A stretch of DNA of 64,000 bases from Myxococcota bacterium. Its GTDB lineage: Bacteria > Myxococcota_A > Bradymonadia > UBA7976 > UBA1532. The stretch lies in the NCBI GenBank assembly GCA_036337435.1, contig JAYZEG010000058.1:192001-256000 (forward strand). The letters are read 5' to 3'. Under the pieces are notes generated by a model, which did no database searches, was not told the origin of the DNA, and saw only the letters and a list, made by a program, of their open reading frames with translations. Shown here piece after piece: positions 51,331 to 61,752 of this stretch. A program made the translations under genes and the position numbers. Every line of letters starts with the position of its first letter. The stretch's first letter is position 1.

Positions 51331-52100
51331 TTGGGCCCATTGCGTCTGACTAAGATGAGTTCTGCAACGATGCTGAGAGCGATTTCAGTTGGCGTCTCAG
51401 CCCCGATATCTAGACCCACAGGACATGACACCTTGTTAATCCATTGTTGAGCCACGCCACGGTTTTCTAAACGTTTCTTGAATTTAGCCCACTTCCCTCG
51501 GCTTCCAATGAGACCGACGAATTTTGGCTCCTGCGGAGATAGGTGCCGCAGCAGGCTTTCATCCAATGCGTGGTCATGTGTGACGACAACCACAAAGTCG
51601 TCAGGTCCGGGTGGCGTGTTCTTTATGACTGTTTCTGGATCGTCCTCGATGATGTCCACAGCCGGATCAAATCGTGACGGATCAGCCCATTCGGGCCGAT
51701 CATCGACGACGCATATATCAAACCCACTTAGACCGGCGACTTTAGCCAGTTCTGTCCCGATATGGCCTCCGCCGAAAACCCAAAGCCGTGGTTTCGCTAT
51801 GACCTTTTCTAGGAATACAGACATTTTTCCTCCGCAGCACATCGCTAAGTCGCGCACTAAGTGAACGCTGATCATCTCTGTTGATCGGCTGGCATCAGAG
51901 AGGAGACGGCGCGCATCGAGGATCGTTTTGTGTTCAACTGCTCCTCCACCGATTGTACCGATGGTCTCAGCATCGGTGATCGCCATTTTTGCCCCTGATG
52001 TTCTTGGGGTTGACCCACCCGATTCGATGACTGTGGCCAAAACGAAATCCGTGCGGCCGTTCTGTAAATTCGCGAGTTGTTGAAAGAAAGTGGGCGACAC
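51321..52100 (-). CDS. xdhC: Xanthine dehydrogenase accessory protein XdhC/CoxI
   Basis: GSTPR..GAKM, GTIGGG, CCGG, FGGGH, VTHDHALD, GLIGSRGK and PVGLDIGAETPTEIA. Confidence 0.92.
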   Translation of the reverse strand: MSPTFFQQLANLQNGRTDFVLATVIESGGSTPRTSGAKMAITDAETIGTIGGGAVEHKTILDARRLLSDASRSTEMISVHLVRDLAMCCGGKMSVFLEKVIAKPRLWVFGGGHIGTELAKVAGLSGFDICVVDDRPEWADPSRFDPAVDIIEDDPETVIKNTPPGPDDFVVVVTHDHALDESLLRHLSPQEPKFVGLIGSRGKWAKFKKRLENRGVAQQWINKVSCPVGLDIGAETPTEIALSIVAELILVRRNGPKWT

Positions 52101-52214
52101 GTCGAGATGACTCCGGCTCTGATGCCCAATCAGCTCATTTGAGTTGAGTCAGGCCACGTTGGTGAGCATAGAACGAAGTTTTGGGGCACTCAACCTTCGC
52201 CATCTACTATTTAC

Positions 52215-52361
52215 GGGGTGCGCCGCGTACACCTACTCCTGGTCGGAGACATACAGTTTGTTTTTTCGGCTGCAGCTGGATGTTCAGGCCGGTCACAGAT
52301 TTGGAGACCTTGGGTGGGCCTGTCACATCGATTGTTCAGGATGAGTAGGGGTCGGAGCCTC
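52215..52361. ncRNA. Candidate structured RNA (unassigned)
   Basis: Nested complementarity in the tal-xdhC gap: CCTACTCCTG pairs with CAGG-ATG-AGTAGG, and GATGT-T-CAGGCC pairs with GGCCTG-TC-ACATC. Confidence 0.35.
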
Positions 52362-52367
52362 AGTTGT

Positions 52368-53012
52368 TTACTTTGGCACTTTTTCCCAGTCTGCGAGGAA
52401 ACGTTGCAAGCCGATATCTGTGAGTGGGTGCTGAGCGAGTTTATTGAGGACCCCGTACGGAATGGTCGCGACATGAGCACCGGCAAGTGCTGCGTCAACC
52501 ACATGCATCGGCGAACGAACACTCGCAACGAGAACTTCTGTTTCAAACATATAATTGTCGTAGATGTGGACGATTTGTCGAATCAGGTCCATTCCCTCAT
52601 GCTGGATGTCATCTAATCGACCCACGAACGGGCTGATATATGTTGCACCCGCTTTGGCAGCCATCAGTGCCTGTACGGCTGAAAAGCAGAGAGTCACATT
52701 GGTCTTGATGTCGTTATCGGTACACCATCGAGTCGCTTTTAGGCCTGCTTCGATCAATGGAATTTTAACGACGATATTTTTGTGGATTTTAGCAAGATTC
52801 TTCGCCTCGGCGACCATGCCGTCGAAGTCTGTACTCACCACCTCGGCAGAAATTGGTCCATCAACCACGTCACAAATCTCGGCGATCACCTCGTCGAAGC
52901 TTCGGCCTGTTTTTGCGATGAGGCTTGGATTTGTCGTCACTCCGTCCAGTAGGCCCATATCTTGCGCCTGTCGAATTTCATTAATGTCAGCTGTATCGAT
53001 AAAGAATTTCAT
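52368..53012 (-). CDS. tal: Transaldolase, small TalC/Fsa-type
   Basis: [17 protein letters not shown] (Glu), VVKIP, NVTL and YISPFVGR. The Glu/Phe pattern favours transaldolase over FSA. Confidence 0.92.
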   Translation of the reverse strand: MKFFIDTADINEIRQAQDMGLLDGVTTNPSLIAKTGRSFDEVIAEICDVVDGPISAEVVSTDFDGMVAEAKNLAKIHKNIVVKIPLIEAGLKATRWCTDNDIKTNVTLCFSAVQALMAAKAGATYISPFVGRLDDIQHEGMDLIRQIVHIYDNYMFETEVLVASVRSPMHVVDAALAGAHVATIPYGVLNKLAQHPLTDIGLQRFLADWEKVPK

Positions 53013-53183
53013 GGCAACCTCCGAATGACGCCGATGTGTAGATGCTCGCCGACTTCATAACCGAGCTTGGACCAGAAATACAGGCGTCCGTGTTCTTTTG
53101 TTGCATTCATGTCTTTTTCGGGCATGTTTGGGTTCGTTGCCATGGAGACAAGTGGTCGTCTTAGTGGCTACAAAGGAGGTCTG

Positions 53184-54137
53184 ATGAAGATATTGATTAC
53201 AGGTGCAGCCGGTTTTATTGGGTCTCACTTGGTCGACCGACTTCTCCAAGATGGTCATCATGTTTTAGGTCTCGACAACTTCAACGAATTTTATGACCCA
53301 AAACTGAAGGAACGAAACTTAAAGACAGCTCTCGCTAACCCAAATTTTGAACTGATCAAGGGCGATATTTGTGACGCGGAGTTGGTCGACTCTGTTTTTT
53401 CCTCCTTTAAGCCTAAACGGTTAGTCCATCTCGCAGCCTGGGCTGGGGTCAGACCGAGTATTGAGACGCCCGCCATATACAGTGACGTCAATCTTGGCGG
53501 AACAGTGAACCTATTTCAGGCGTGCGTCGCCCATGGCGTCGACCGAGTTTGCTTTGCATCGTCATCATCAGTTTACGGCGACCGACAGACGGTGCCCTTC
53601 ACAGAAGAAGACGATGTTTCCAAGCCGATTTCTCCCTATGCAGCAACAAAGCGTTCAGGAGAGCTACTCGCATATACGTGGCACCACTTATTTAAGCTCC
53701 ACATTCATTGTCTTAGATTTTTTACCGTTTATGGACCACGGCAGAGGCCTGAAATGGCAATCGCTAAATTTGTGAATCTAATCGAGGCGGATCAGACCAT
53801 CGAAATTTATGGAGATGGCCATAGCGCACGAGATTACACGTATATCGATGACATCATCGATGGTGTGATTCAATCTATCGAACATGTAGACGGCTATGGG
53901 ATTTACAATCTGGGTAACTCGGTACCCACAAAGCTTTTGGATCTTGTCAACTTGATCGGTCTGACTCTAGGCAAGGAGCCTCGTTTGTCCTTTCAGCCCA
54001 ATCAGCCAGGCGATGTGTCCATCACCTATGCAGATCTCGCGAGATCGAAAACTGATTTGGGGTATCAACCGAAAACATCAATGAAAGCCGGCATTGCTCA
54101 ATATGTTGAATGGTACCGGCGCATTCACTCAGTTTAG
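53184..54137 (+). CDS. NAD-dependent nucleotide-sugar epimerase (UDP-glucuronate 4-epimerase-like)
   Basis: GAAGFIG, HLAAWAGVR, ASSSSVYG, YAATK and RFFTVYGPRQRP. SD GGAGG precedes ATG 53184. Confidence 0.88.
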   Translation: MKILITGAAGFIGSHLVDRLLQDGHHVLGLDNFNEFYDPKLKERNLKTALANPNFELIKGDICDAELVDSVFSSFKPKRLVHLAAWAGVRPSIETPAIYSDVNLGGTVNLFQACVAHGVDRVCFASSSSVYGDRQTVPFTEEDDVSKPISPYAATKRSGELLAYTWHHLFKLHIHCLRFFTVYGPRQRPEMAIAKFVNLIEADQTIEIYGDGHSARDYTYIDDIIDGVIQSIEHVDGYGIYNLGNSVPTKLLDLVNLIGLTLGKEPRLSFQPNQPGDVSITYADLARSKTDLGYQPKTSMKAGIAQYVEWYRRIHSV

Positions 54138-54153
54138 GTTTGGAACTGGTCCA

Positions 54154-55506
54154 TTAGACAGGTAACGCCTCGCCTCGACCAATGGCAAAATATCGAATAC
54201 CGAATTTCTTAAGACGGTTTTCATCGTAGAGATTGCGGCCGTCGAAGATGTTCAGAGATTTCAACTTGTCCACGAGCATTTCGAAGTCAGGTCTCCGATA
54301 CACACTCCATTCCGTGCAAATACAGAGGGCATCAGCCTGATGAAGGCAATCGTAGTGGTCGTCGCAAAACTGGATCCGGTCTCCGAAGAGAAGAGCCGCA
54401 TTGTCCATCGCTTCGGGGTCATGGGCGAGCACTTGGGCACCGGCCTCCAGGAGTCCGTTGATCAAATCAATGCTTGGCGCCTCGCGCATATCATCGGTTC
54501 TTGGCTTGAAAGCGAGTCCCCAAACCGCAATTCGTCGACCCGCGAGATCGCCATTGAAGTGCGCCGTCAATTTCTTGAGAAGGATTGATTTTTGGTCGCG
54601 GTTGACTTCATCGACGGCCTCTAAAATTCGAAGGGGATGGCCGGATTTAATACCGGTATGGGTCAGTGCTTTGACGTCTTTCGGAAAGCATGAGCCACCA
54701 TAGCCCGTTCCGGGAAACAGGAATTGGTACCCGATCCGCGGATCTGAACCGATGCCTTGCCTTACATCCTCTATGTCTGCTCCGACTCTTTCAGCGAGAT
54801 TAGACAAATCATTCATGAAGCTTATTTTGGTCGCAAGAATCGCGTTTGCTGCATACTTTGTGAGCTCACTAGACCGAACGGCCATAAACTGAATTCGCTC
54901 TCGTGTCCGAGTGAACGGTTCATAGAGTTCTCTGAGCACGCTTTGGGCGAGCCGTCCCAGTTCTGAGTCCGGCGTGCCGACGATAATTCGGTCTGGTTTT
55001 CTAAAGTCGTTGAGTGCATCACCCTCCTTGAGGAACTCAGGATTCGAGCACACGACAAAGGGTAGACTAGCCGATTCTTGAATGATCTCTGACACCCGGT
55101 CTGTCGTGCCAACGGGCACGGTCGACTTAGTCAAGACAATCTTGCACCCGTCGATGAGGGTATTCTCACCGCTTTGCAGTGTATCACCGATGGTTTTCGC
55201 AACGGACTCAACATACTGAAGCTCAGCAGATCCATCATCGCCTTGCGGTGTTCCAACAGCGATAAATATGATCGCGCCTTTGCGGCATGCTTCGGCTACA
55301 TCGGTCGTAAAACCCAGGCGGCCTGCCGTTAGGTTTTTTTTCACTAAGTCGCTGAGACCTGGTTCGAAGAAGGGGACTTGCCCGTCCATCAAATGGTCGA
55401 TTTTTCGTGCATCGATATCGGCGCAGACCACGTTATGTCCAACGTTCGATAAACACGTGCCGACAACCAATCCAACGTAACCACTTCCAATCACAGTAAT
55501 TTGCAT
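54154..55506 (-). CDS. ugd: UDP-glucose 6-dehydrogenase
   Basis: GSGYVG, AVGTP, KSTVPVGT, SNPEFLKEG, GYGGSCFPKD and FKPRTDDMR. Start re-called at ATG 55506. Confidence 0.94.
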   Translation of the reverse strand: MQITVIGSGYVGLVVGTCLSNVGHNVVCADIDARKIDHLMDGQVPFFEPGLSDLVKKNLTAGRLGFTTDVAEACRKGAIIFIAVGTPQGDDGSAELQYVESVAKTIGDTLQSGENTLIDGCKIVLTKSTVPVGTTDRVSEIIQESASLPFVVCSNPEFLKEGDALNDFRKPDRIIVGTPDSELGRLAQSVLRELYEPFTRTRERIQFMAVRSSELTKYAANAILATKISFMNDLSNLAERVGADIEDVRQGIGSDPRIGYQFLFPGTGYGGSCFPKDVKALTHTGIKSGHPLRILEAVDEVNRDQKSILLKKLTAHFNGDLAGRRIAVWGLAFKPRTDDMREAPSIDLINGLLEAGAQVLAHDPEAMDNAALLFGDRIQFCDDHYDCLHQADALCICTEWSVYRRPDFEMLVDKLKSLNIFDGRNLYDENRLKKFGIRYFAIGRGEALPV

Positions 55507-55744
55507 ACCTACCTCAACTCGCATGGGCCTTTGGGAACTGGAGCCACTCGTTCCCCGTTGGGTTACATATAACGAGTCAACATTCCGTGTCTTGTATTTT
55601 TCATTACAGTCCAAAATTCCATCGCGCTTTGTTCATCCAACTCGTCTGAATAAATTGGTCATCAAGCATAATGACGATGCATTTTGTCTCTGAACGAGTT
55701 AGTGACGAAGTAGACATATCCTTGTGGATGAGAGGTGGATCAAA

Positions 55745-56932
55745 ATGGGCATTATCGTCCAAAAATACGGCGGAAGTTCTGTAGCCACTCCCGACCAAAT
55801 CAGTGCAGTGGCGCGGCGAATTACAGAAACGCGCCAAAAAGGGCATTCAGTGGTTGTTGTTGTCTCAGCGATGGGCAACACCACAAATGAACTTCTGCAG
55901 CTGGCGAACCAAGTTAGTTTGAATCCTCAGCGTCGAGAATTAGATATGCTTTTGACCGTCGGAGAACGGATATCAATGGCACTCTTGTCGATGGCGATTC
56001 ACGAATTGGGCTACCCGGCTGTTTCATTCACGGGCTCACAAAGCGGAATCATCACGACGGACAATCATACGAATGCCCGGATCATTAGAGTCACGCCAGT
56101 TCGGATTCAGCAGGCGTTGGCGAAAGGTCAAATCGTCATCGTCGCGGGTTTTCAGGGTGTCAGCGAACGTTTAGAGATCACCAGCCTTGGTCGAGGTGGT
56201 TCCGATACAACCGCCGTCGCTCTTGCCGCAGCCTTAAATGCCGATTATGTAGAAATTTGTTCTGATGTGGATGGTGTCTACTCTGCTGACCCGCGCCTTG
56301 TGCCAGATGCAAGGCGAATTGAGCAAATGAGCTACGAGCACATGCAAACTCTCGCTGATGCAGGGGCTAAAGTTTTAAATGCTGAAGCGGTTGAATGGGC
56401 GCGTCGAAACGGGATCGAAATTCGATGTGCATCGACTCATGGGACCCAAGAGCCAGGCACCCGAGTGCGTCGAGTGGATGGCTTGGACCATCCCCGTGTT
56501 ATCGGGGTGACGAAGCATCCGGGGTTGGTTTATTTGGGGCCGACAGCATTTGGCTTGGAGGCACCGGATAGTCTGGAGAATATCCTTGTCGCCCATGGTG
56601 CTTCGAACGCTGTTGTCTGGCGATTTTCCGACACTTGGGCGGCCCTTGTCCCTCGGCAAAACATTCATGGCATCGATGCGTTTAAGGGCGCGATCTCAAA
56701 TCTCTCAGGAATCTTAATTCGGGAAGATTTGACTCTTGTGAGCATCATCGGACGGTCGCTTACGGCACCGCCCGCGATTCTTCCTATAGCGCGCACTGTT
56801 CTTTCTGAGAACCGAATTGAAATTCATGGGCAGGCATTGGAACCCAATCAAGTGGGATTCCTCATCGATGCGACCAAAGCTGATCTGGCTGTATCGGTCT
56901 TGCATGATGCGGTCATTGGGGCGGTCAGCTGA
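55745..56932 (+). CDS. lysC: Aspartate kinase
   Basis: [34 protein letters not shown] and [11 protein letters not shown]. Confidence 0.93.
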   Translation: MGIIVQKYGGSSVATPDQISAVARRITETRQKGHSVVVVVSAMGNTTNELLQLANQVSLNPQRRELDMLLTVGERISMALLSMAIHELGYPAVSFTGSQSGIITTDNHTNARIIRVTPVRIQQALAKGQIVIVAGFQGVSERLEITSLGRGGSDTTAVALAAALNADYVEICSDVDGVYSADPRLVPDARRIEQMSYEHMQTLADAGAKVLNAEAVEWARRNGIEIRCASTHGTQEPGTRVRRVDGLDHPRVIGVTKHPGLVYLGPTAFGLEAPDSLENILVAHGASNAVVWRFSDTWAALVPRQNIHGIDAFKGAISNLSGILIREDLTLVSIIGRSLTAPPAILPIARTVLSENRIEIHGQALEPNQVGFLIDATKADLAVSVLHDAVIGAVS

Positions 56933-57006
56933 TCGATGAACAGGAAGTTTGGGAATCTACAATTTGCGAGGAATACTCTCCTTACCCAGAGGTGTTGCTC
57001 GTGACC

Positions 57007-57786
57007 ATGAACAGACGAAAAGCCATCAAACTGACAGCAGCAGTCTGCGCTGCCATCCTGGCGCCCCGACGCGGCTTGTCCATCGGGCGCGATTCAAAAG
57101 TCGGAATCGCCGTTCTCGATCGCGGGAATTCTCGCCAATTAAGACCCCGTTGTGTCGAGCAATTGATGTGGGAAGTATCAAAGCGAACCAGCATCAACGT
57201 GCGCGAAGAACCCGTTTATCTGAAGCTCACCGATGAATCTTTATTTCGAAACCCCTTTCTGGTGTGGTTTGGGCAAGGTTCGATTCAACCTCTCTCCGAG
57301 ATGGAGCGCCGACGCTTGTCTCTGTATCTGCGAGGGGGTGGAACGCTTCTCATCAGCGATGTATCACCACTTGGAGACGATGGTTTCGACACATCTATAC
57401 GCTCTGAGATGAGCCTGTTGTGGCCCGACAGAGATTGGATGCGATTGGGCAACGATCACACGGTTTACAGAACTTTTTATCTCTTGGAAACTCCCAAGGG
57501 GCGGGTGGCTCGAACAGATCATTTAGAAGGGGTCATTTTTGATGACCGTAGCCCGGTCATTTATGAGCGCAATGATCTCTTCGGTGCCTTTGGTCGAGAA
57601 CGATTTGGCGCATGGTCGATGCCTGTTTTTCCAGGCGGTGAGCGACAGAGAGAAATGGCTTTTCGCACAGGGCTCAACCTCGTCATGTACGCAACATGCT
57701 TAAATTATAAGCGTGACCAAGTTCATGTCACAGAGATTCTCCGTCGTCGTAACTGGCGCGTAGAGCCGTCCAAAACGATTCGATAG
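57007..57786 (+). CDS. DUF4159 domain protein with Tat-like signal
   Basis: Starts MNRRKAIK. Contains LYLRGGGTL, HTVYRTFYLL and AFRTGLNLVMYATCLNYKRDQVH. Confidence 0.8.
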   Translation: MNRRKAIKLTAAVCAAILAPRRGLSIGRDSKVGIAVLDRGNSRQLRPRCVEQLMWEVSKRTSINVREEPVYLKLTDESLFRNPFLVWFGQGSIQPLSEMERRRLSLYLRGGGTLLISDVSPLGDDGFDTSIRSEMSLLWPDRDWMRLGNDHTVYRTFYLLETPKGRVARTDHLEGVIFDDRSPVIYERNDLFGAFGRERFGAWSMPVFPGGERQREMAFRTGLNLVMYATCLNYKRDQVHVTEILRRRNWRVEPSKTIR

Positions 57787-57788
57787 CT

Positions 57789-60098
57789 ATGCTCAGAGAC
57801 CTTTTTGATACAGATGGCCAGTTTAACAGTGCGCATTGGGTTGTGTTGTCTGATTGGTCAGGATTGACTTGGACGGCAGTCGGCTTGCTGGTTTGTATTC
57901 TCATCGGATTCAGCTGGTGGAATACGCAACCCTTGAATCGAATGCGACGAATTACACTCTTGGCCTTACGAACGGCCACCCTGGTTGTGATTACGTTCCT
58001 TTTCATACAACCGGGGATTCGGTTAGAACATCGAAACATCGTTCGCAATCATGTTGCTGTCCTTATCGATCAATCCAGAAGCATGCTGCTGCCTGGTCAG
58101 TCATCTGGGTCTCGATTGGATCAGTTGAAGCGGTATTTGGAGGCGAACTTAGCCGTTTTCAAATCTTGGCAAACAGAACACCAGGTGGATTATTTCACCT
58201 TTGGCCGTTACGTGAAGGCCGTCGACGATCTCAAATCTATTCAGGCACTGGGTGAGATGACCGATTTGGCAGGTGCCCTTGATGATGTCCAGAGTCGGTA
58301 CACGTCAGGCGACCTGGCCGCTGTCATCATATTGAGCGACGGCACCGATACCACCAAGTTGAAAGAGATCAGTGATCCAAGTTTGATTCCTAATCGGGTT
58401 CAAATAGCCATCAAGAAACTCAATGCGCCGGTTCATACAGTCTTCATTGGGCCCGATAAAGTTGCCCCAGATTTAGCAATTCAAGATTTATCCTATGATG
58501 AGTTCGCATTCGTTCGGAATGCTGTGACCATTGATGCGAAGGTCTCGGTTTTCGGTTACGAGCAGTTGCGGATACCTGTCACGATGAAGAGAAACGGTAA
58601 GGAATTAGGGCGACAAGTCTTGGAGGTTGTGCCCGGAAAACAAAACTATGAGTTCTCCTTCGAGTTCGTACCTGACGAGACCGGTAAGTCGTCATTTACA
58701 TTTGAGGTTGGCTCGGCCCCAGGTGAACAAATTGTCATCAACAATCGGCGAGAATTTGTCATTCGAGTCATCCGAGACAAAATACGCGTCTTGCAAGTTG
58801 TTGGTCGACCCAGTTGGGACGAGCGTTTTTTGCGCAAGCTGCTAAAGAAAAACCCCAATGTGGACTTGATTAGTTTTTTTATTTTGCGAACGTCATCCAG
58901 TCTCCAGGTGGCGCGACGCAACGAAATGTCGCTGATCCCCTTTCCAACACAGGAATTATTCGAACAGCAGCTCGGTAGTTTTGACCTCATCATTTTTCAA
59001 AATTTCACTTACCGTGGTTACCAAATGCGACAGTATATGCCACTGATTAAGCGCTATGTGCAAAACGGCGGCGGCTTTGTCATGGTCGGGGGCGATATCA
59101 GCTTTGCGAACGGGGGTTATGCAGGTACACCCATCGCGGAGTTTTTGCCCGTGACTCTCCGTGGAGGCCAGCTCGGTGGTGGCGAAAAATCAGATTATAG
59201 GCCCACTTTGACGCCCGCAGGACAGTTTCATCCCATAACAAATTTAAAGCTCTCAAGAGATGAGAATCAAACCGCTTGGCAGAGCTTACCGATGCTCTCG
59301 GGTCTCAACCAAGTTGCAGGCTTGGCCCCTGATTCTGTCGTTCTGCTCGAGCATCCTACGAAGCGGGTCGGCGTAAAAAAGAGTCCTGTTGTTGCCGTTC
59401 GAAATTTTGGCAAAGGCCGAGTGTTGAGCGTTCTGACCGATTCTACATGGCGGTGGGATTTCGAGGCCTTTGGTTTAGGGGCAGATAATCGGAACTATTA
59501 CAAGTTTTGGGGGAATGCCATCCGATGGTTAATTCGGGACCCAGACCTGAAAACCATTCGAGTGACAACCGGCAAGGATCGGTACGCTGTCGGAGATCAG
59601 GTCTCTGTGACAGTGCGCTTGCAGGCTGATGACTATCGACCCGCCATCGATCAACCGGTTCGTGTTGAGGTCGGCAAACGCCACAATGAACAAACCAGCA
59701 CAGAGGCGCCGATCATTCGCCAAGGTAAGACCGATAAAGGGGGGCTATTTACTTTTTCGGTCCCCATTAAAACCGATGGCGTTTGGCGCGTTGTTGCGCG
59801 TTCTGGAGAAGATCAGGAGCTCGTTGACCAGGATGTGTTCGTCGTTACATCAGAGCCCATTGAATTAGCGACCACGAAAACCAACCCATTGTTGCTCAAA
59901 TCGATTTCGTCAATTGGTCAAGGGCGCTTCCTCGATGATGGCGATGATCTTGCGGACCTCGAGCGAAAGCCACCGTTGCTTCTCCAGGTAAACCGCCGCA
60001 AAGATGTTCCACTTTGGGCGAGTGCTTGGTTACTGCTTCTGGCAATCATTTTGCCGTCTACCGAATGGTTCTTGCGCCGTCGGTGGGGACTCCTGTAA
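57789..60098 (+). CDS. Membrane protein with vWA and GATase1-like domains
   Basis: N-terminal TMs (LALRT), MIDAS-like DQSRSM and LSDG, GGGFVMVGG, TDSTWRW, and a C-terminal TM ending EWFLRRRWGL. Confidence 0.8.
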   Translation: MLRDLFDTDGQFNSAHWVVLSDWSGLTWTAVGLLVCILIGFSWWNTQPLNRMRRITLLALRTATLVVITFLFIQPGIRLEHRNIVRNHVAVLIDQSRSMLLPGQSSGSRLDQLKRYLEANLAVFKSWQTEHQVDYFTFGRYVKAVDDLKSIQALGEMTDLAGALDDVQSRYTSGDLAAVIILSDGTDTTKLKEISDPSLIPNRVQIAIKKLNAPVHTVFIGPDKVAPDLAIQDLSYDEFAFVRNAVTIDAKVSVFGYEQLRIPVTMKRNGKELGRQVLEVVPGKQNYEFSFEFVPDETGKSSFTFEVGSAPGEQIVINNRREFVIRVIRDKIRVLQVVGRPSWDERFLRKLLKKNPNVDLISFFILRTSSSLQVARRNEMSLIPFPTQELFEQQLGSFDLIIFQNFTYRGYQMRQYMPLIKRYVQNGGGFVMVGGDISFANGGYAGTPIAEFLPVTLRGGQLGGGEKSDYRPTLTPAGQFHPITNLKLSRDENQTAWQSLPMLSGLNQVAGLAPDSVVLLEHPTKRVGVKKSPVVAVRNFGKGRVLSVLTDSTWRWDFEAFGLGADNRNYYKFWGNAIRWLIRDPDLKTIRVTTGKDRYAVGDQVSVTVRLQADDYRPAIDQPVRVEVGKRHNEQTSTEAPIIRQGKTDKGGLFTFSVPIKTDGVWRVVARSGEDQELVDQDVFVVTSEPIELATTKTNPLLLKSISSIGQGRFLDDGDDLADLERKPPLLLQVNRRKDVPLWASAWLLLLAIILPSTEWFLRRRWGLL

Positions 60099-60136
60099 GG
60101 CTTTTAACAAGGTTTCTACACAAGGATCGACTTTCC

Positions 60137-61027
60137 ATGGACACAGATTCGCTCGAGAAAATTGCCAGCGCCTTGTTACGTAGCTATGACCTTGATCAGG
60201 CCGAGAGACCCCGCCTTCCAGCCCGGCAAGTGGTTGTTGAAACATTGGATAAAATACGGCGCATACTTTTTCCCGGTTACTACGCTGAAGAGCGTTTACC
60301 GCCCGAGAGTCGCGCCTACTATGTCGGGACATGGCTGAGCGAATTAGAAACCTGCCTGGCCCATTTAATCGGTAAATCCATTGCTCATGCTGGTCCAAAT
60401 TCGGATCAGGCTGATCGGTCCAGCACCGTCGCTCTCGGTTTCTTACGCCAATTGCCGATGCTTCGCGAACAGTTAAGACTGGATGCTGAGGCCGCGTTGG
60501 CTGGGGATCCAGCCGCAAATAGCGTCGAGGAAGTTATCCTCACCTATCCTGGATTCGAAGCGATTACGGTACATCGAATCGCTCACTGGCTCTGGAAACA
60601 AAATGTTCCGTTTCTACCGAGAATTATGGCTGAGCATGCTCACACACAAACAGGAATTGATATCCATCCGGGTGCACACATCGGTGAGAGTTTCTTTATC
60701 GATCATGGGACAGGTGTCGTCATCGGTGAGACCACAAACATTGGAAACTGGGTGAAGATTTATCAGGGTGTAACGCTCGGTGCCCTTTCAGTTGAGCGGA
60801 GTCAGGCAGGTACAAAGCGTCATCCGACTCTGGAAGATGGTGTCGTCATTTATGCCGGTGCCACCGTATTGGGTGGTAAAACGGTCATCGGGCGGGATGC
60901 AGTCATTGGCGGTAACGTCTGGTTAACCGGATCGGTAGAGCCTGGTACGACTGTTCTTGAAAGTCCACCCGACCTAGACTTCCGCAGTGGCAATTCGTCC
61001 ACTGAGCCATCTGAGGATGCAGGATGA
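60137..61027 (+). CDS. cysE: Serine O-acetyltransferase (CysE/EpsC type)
   Basis: GDPAA, TGIDIHPGA, FFIDHGTGVVIGET, YQGVTLG and KRHPTL. Start re-called at ATG 60137. Confidence 0.92.
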   Translation: MDTDSLEKIASALLRSYDLDQAERPRLPARQVVVETLDKIRRILFPGYYAEERLPPESRAYYVGTWLSELETCLAHLIGKSIAHAGPNSDQADRSSTVALGFLRQLPMLREQLRLDAEAALAGDPAANSVEEVILTYPGFEAITVHRIAHWLWKQNVPFLPRIMAEHAHTQTGIDIHPGAHIGESFFIDHGTGVVIGETTNIGNWVKIYQGVTLGALSVERSQAGTKRHPTLEDGVVIYAGATVLGGKTVIGRDAVIGGNVWLTGSVEPGTTVLESPPDLDFRSGNSSTEPSEDAG

Positions 61028-61608
61028 GAGCTGCGCTGATCATCGCGATTCTTATCGTTTTTGGGTTCGCCTACCACTTGTTTTCAACGGCCACCGAGAA
61101 AAGGTCGAGTCGACCCAACCAAGTTAGCCCTGAGTACGTGACCGAGACGGCACTCCCTTTTGAACGGCGGATTGCGCAAGACAAAGTGCGTCCGGATGCG
61201 CCTGACGGCAAGGGACCCCAACAGCCCGGTCAGACAAGAGCCCAAATCGATAATGATTCCAGCGAAAGGGGTGCCGAACCAAGTGGGCCTTTTGAGGTGA
61301 GTCTAGGCCAGCACACGGTTCATTTTCGGAATCACCCAGGCTTCGCTATGAAACTTCGGCTTGGCGTCGTTGTCCAGAGTAAGCTGACTCGGAAAGAAGT
61401 ACTGCTTAATCGACGAAAATTGACAAGAATGCTGTACTTTCTTGGGTCTAATCGACGATTGGAAGGGGCGCGCGGCGATGCAGGCCGTGATCGTCTGATC
61501 AGCGATTTGAGCACGCGCTTTTCGAATGTGATTCGATCAGGAGCCATCGACGCCGTGCAGATTGAAGAGTACGAAGTCGTCGAAGTTCCGAAAACGAACG
61601 GTGATTAG
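61024..61608 (+). CDS. FliL-like single-pass membrane protein
   Basis: N-terminal TM, a linker, then a FliL-like pattern (VSLGQHTVHF...KLRLGV...GRDRLISDL...IDAVQIEEYEV). Confidence 0.5.
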   Translation: MRAALIIAILIVFGFAYHLFSTATEKRSSRPNQVSPEYVTETALPFERRIAQDKVRPDAPDGKGPQQPGQTRAQIDNDSSERGAEPSGPFEVSLGQHTVHFRNHPGFAMKLRLGVVVQSKLTRKEVLLNRRKLTRMLYFLGSNRRLEGARGDAGRDRLISDLSTRFSNVIRSGAIDAVQIEEYEVVEVPKTNGD

Positions 61609-61752
61609 CGACTGCATCGACAATTTAGCCTGAGAATAGACTGTTTAGCTGAGCAAATGCTCTCTGGTCGTGGTCTGACAGCGGACTGCCTAAATGCGGC
61701 AATTGAGTTGATTCTCACTTTAGATAAACCTGATTTCAGTGTAGTAGACCTC

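Noticed and set aside
55507..55744. Lysine riboswitch upstream of lysC
   Set aside because: No L-box motifs or terminator. The gap is shared with divergent ugd and has only a small hairpin.
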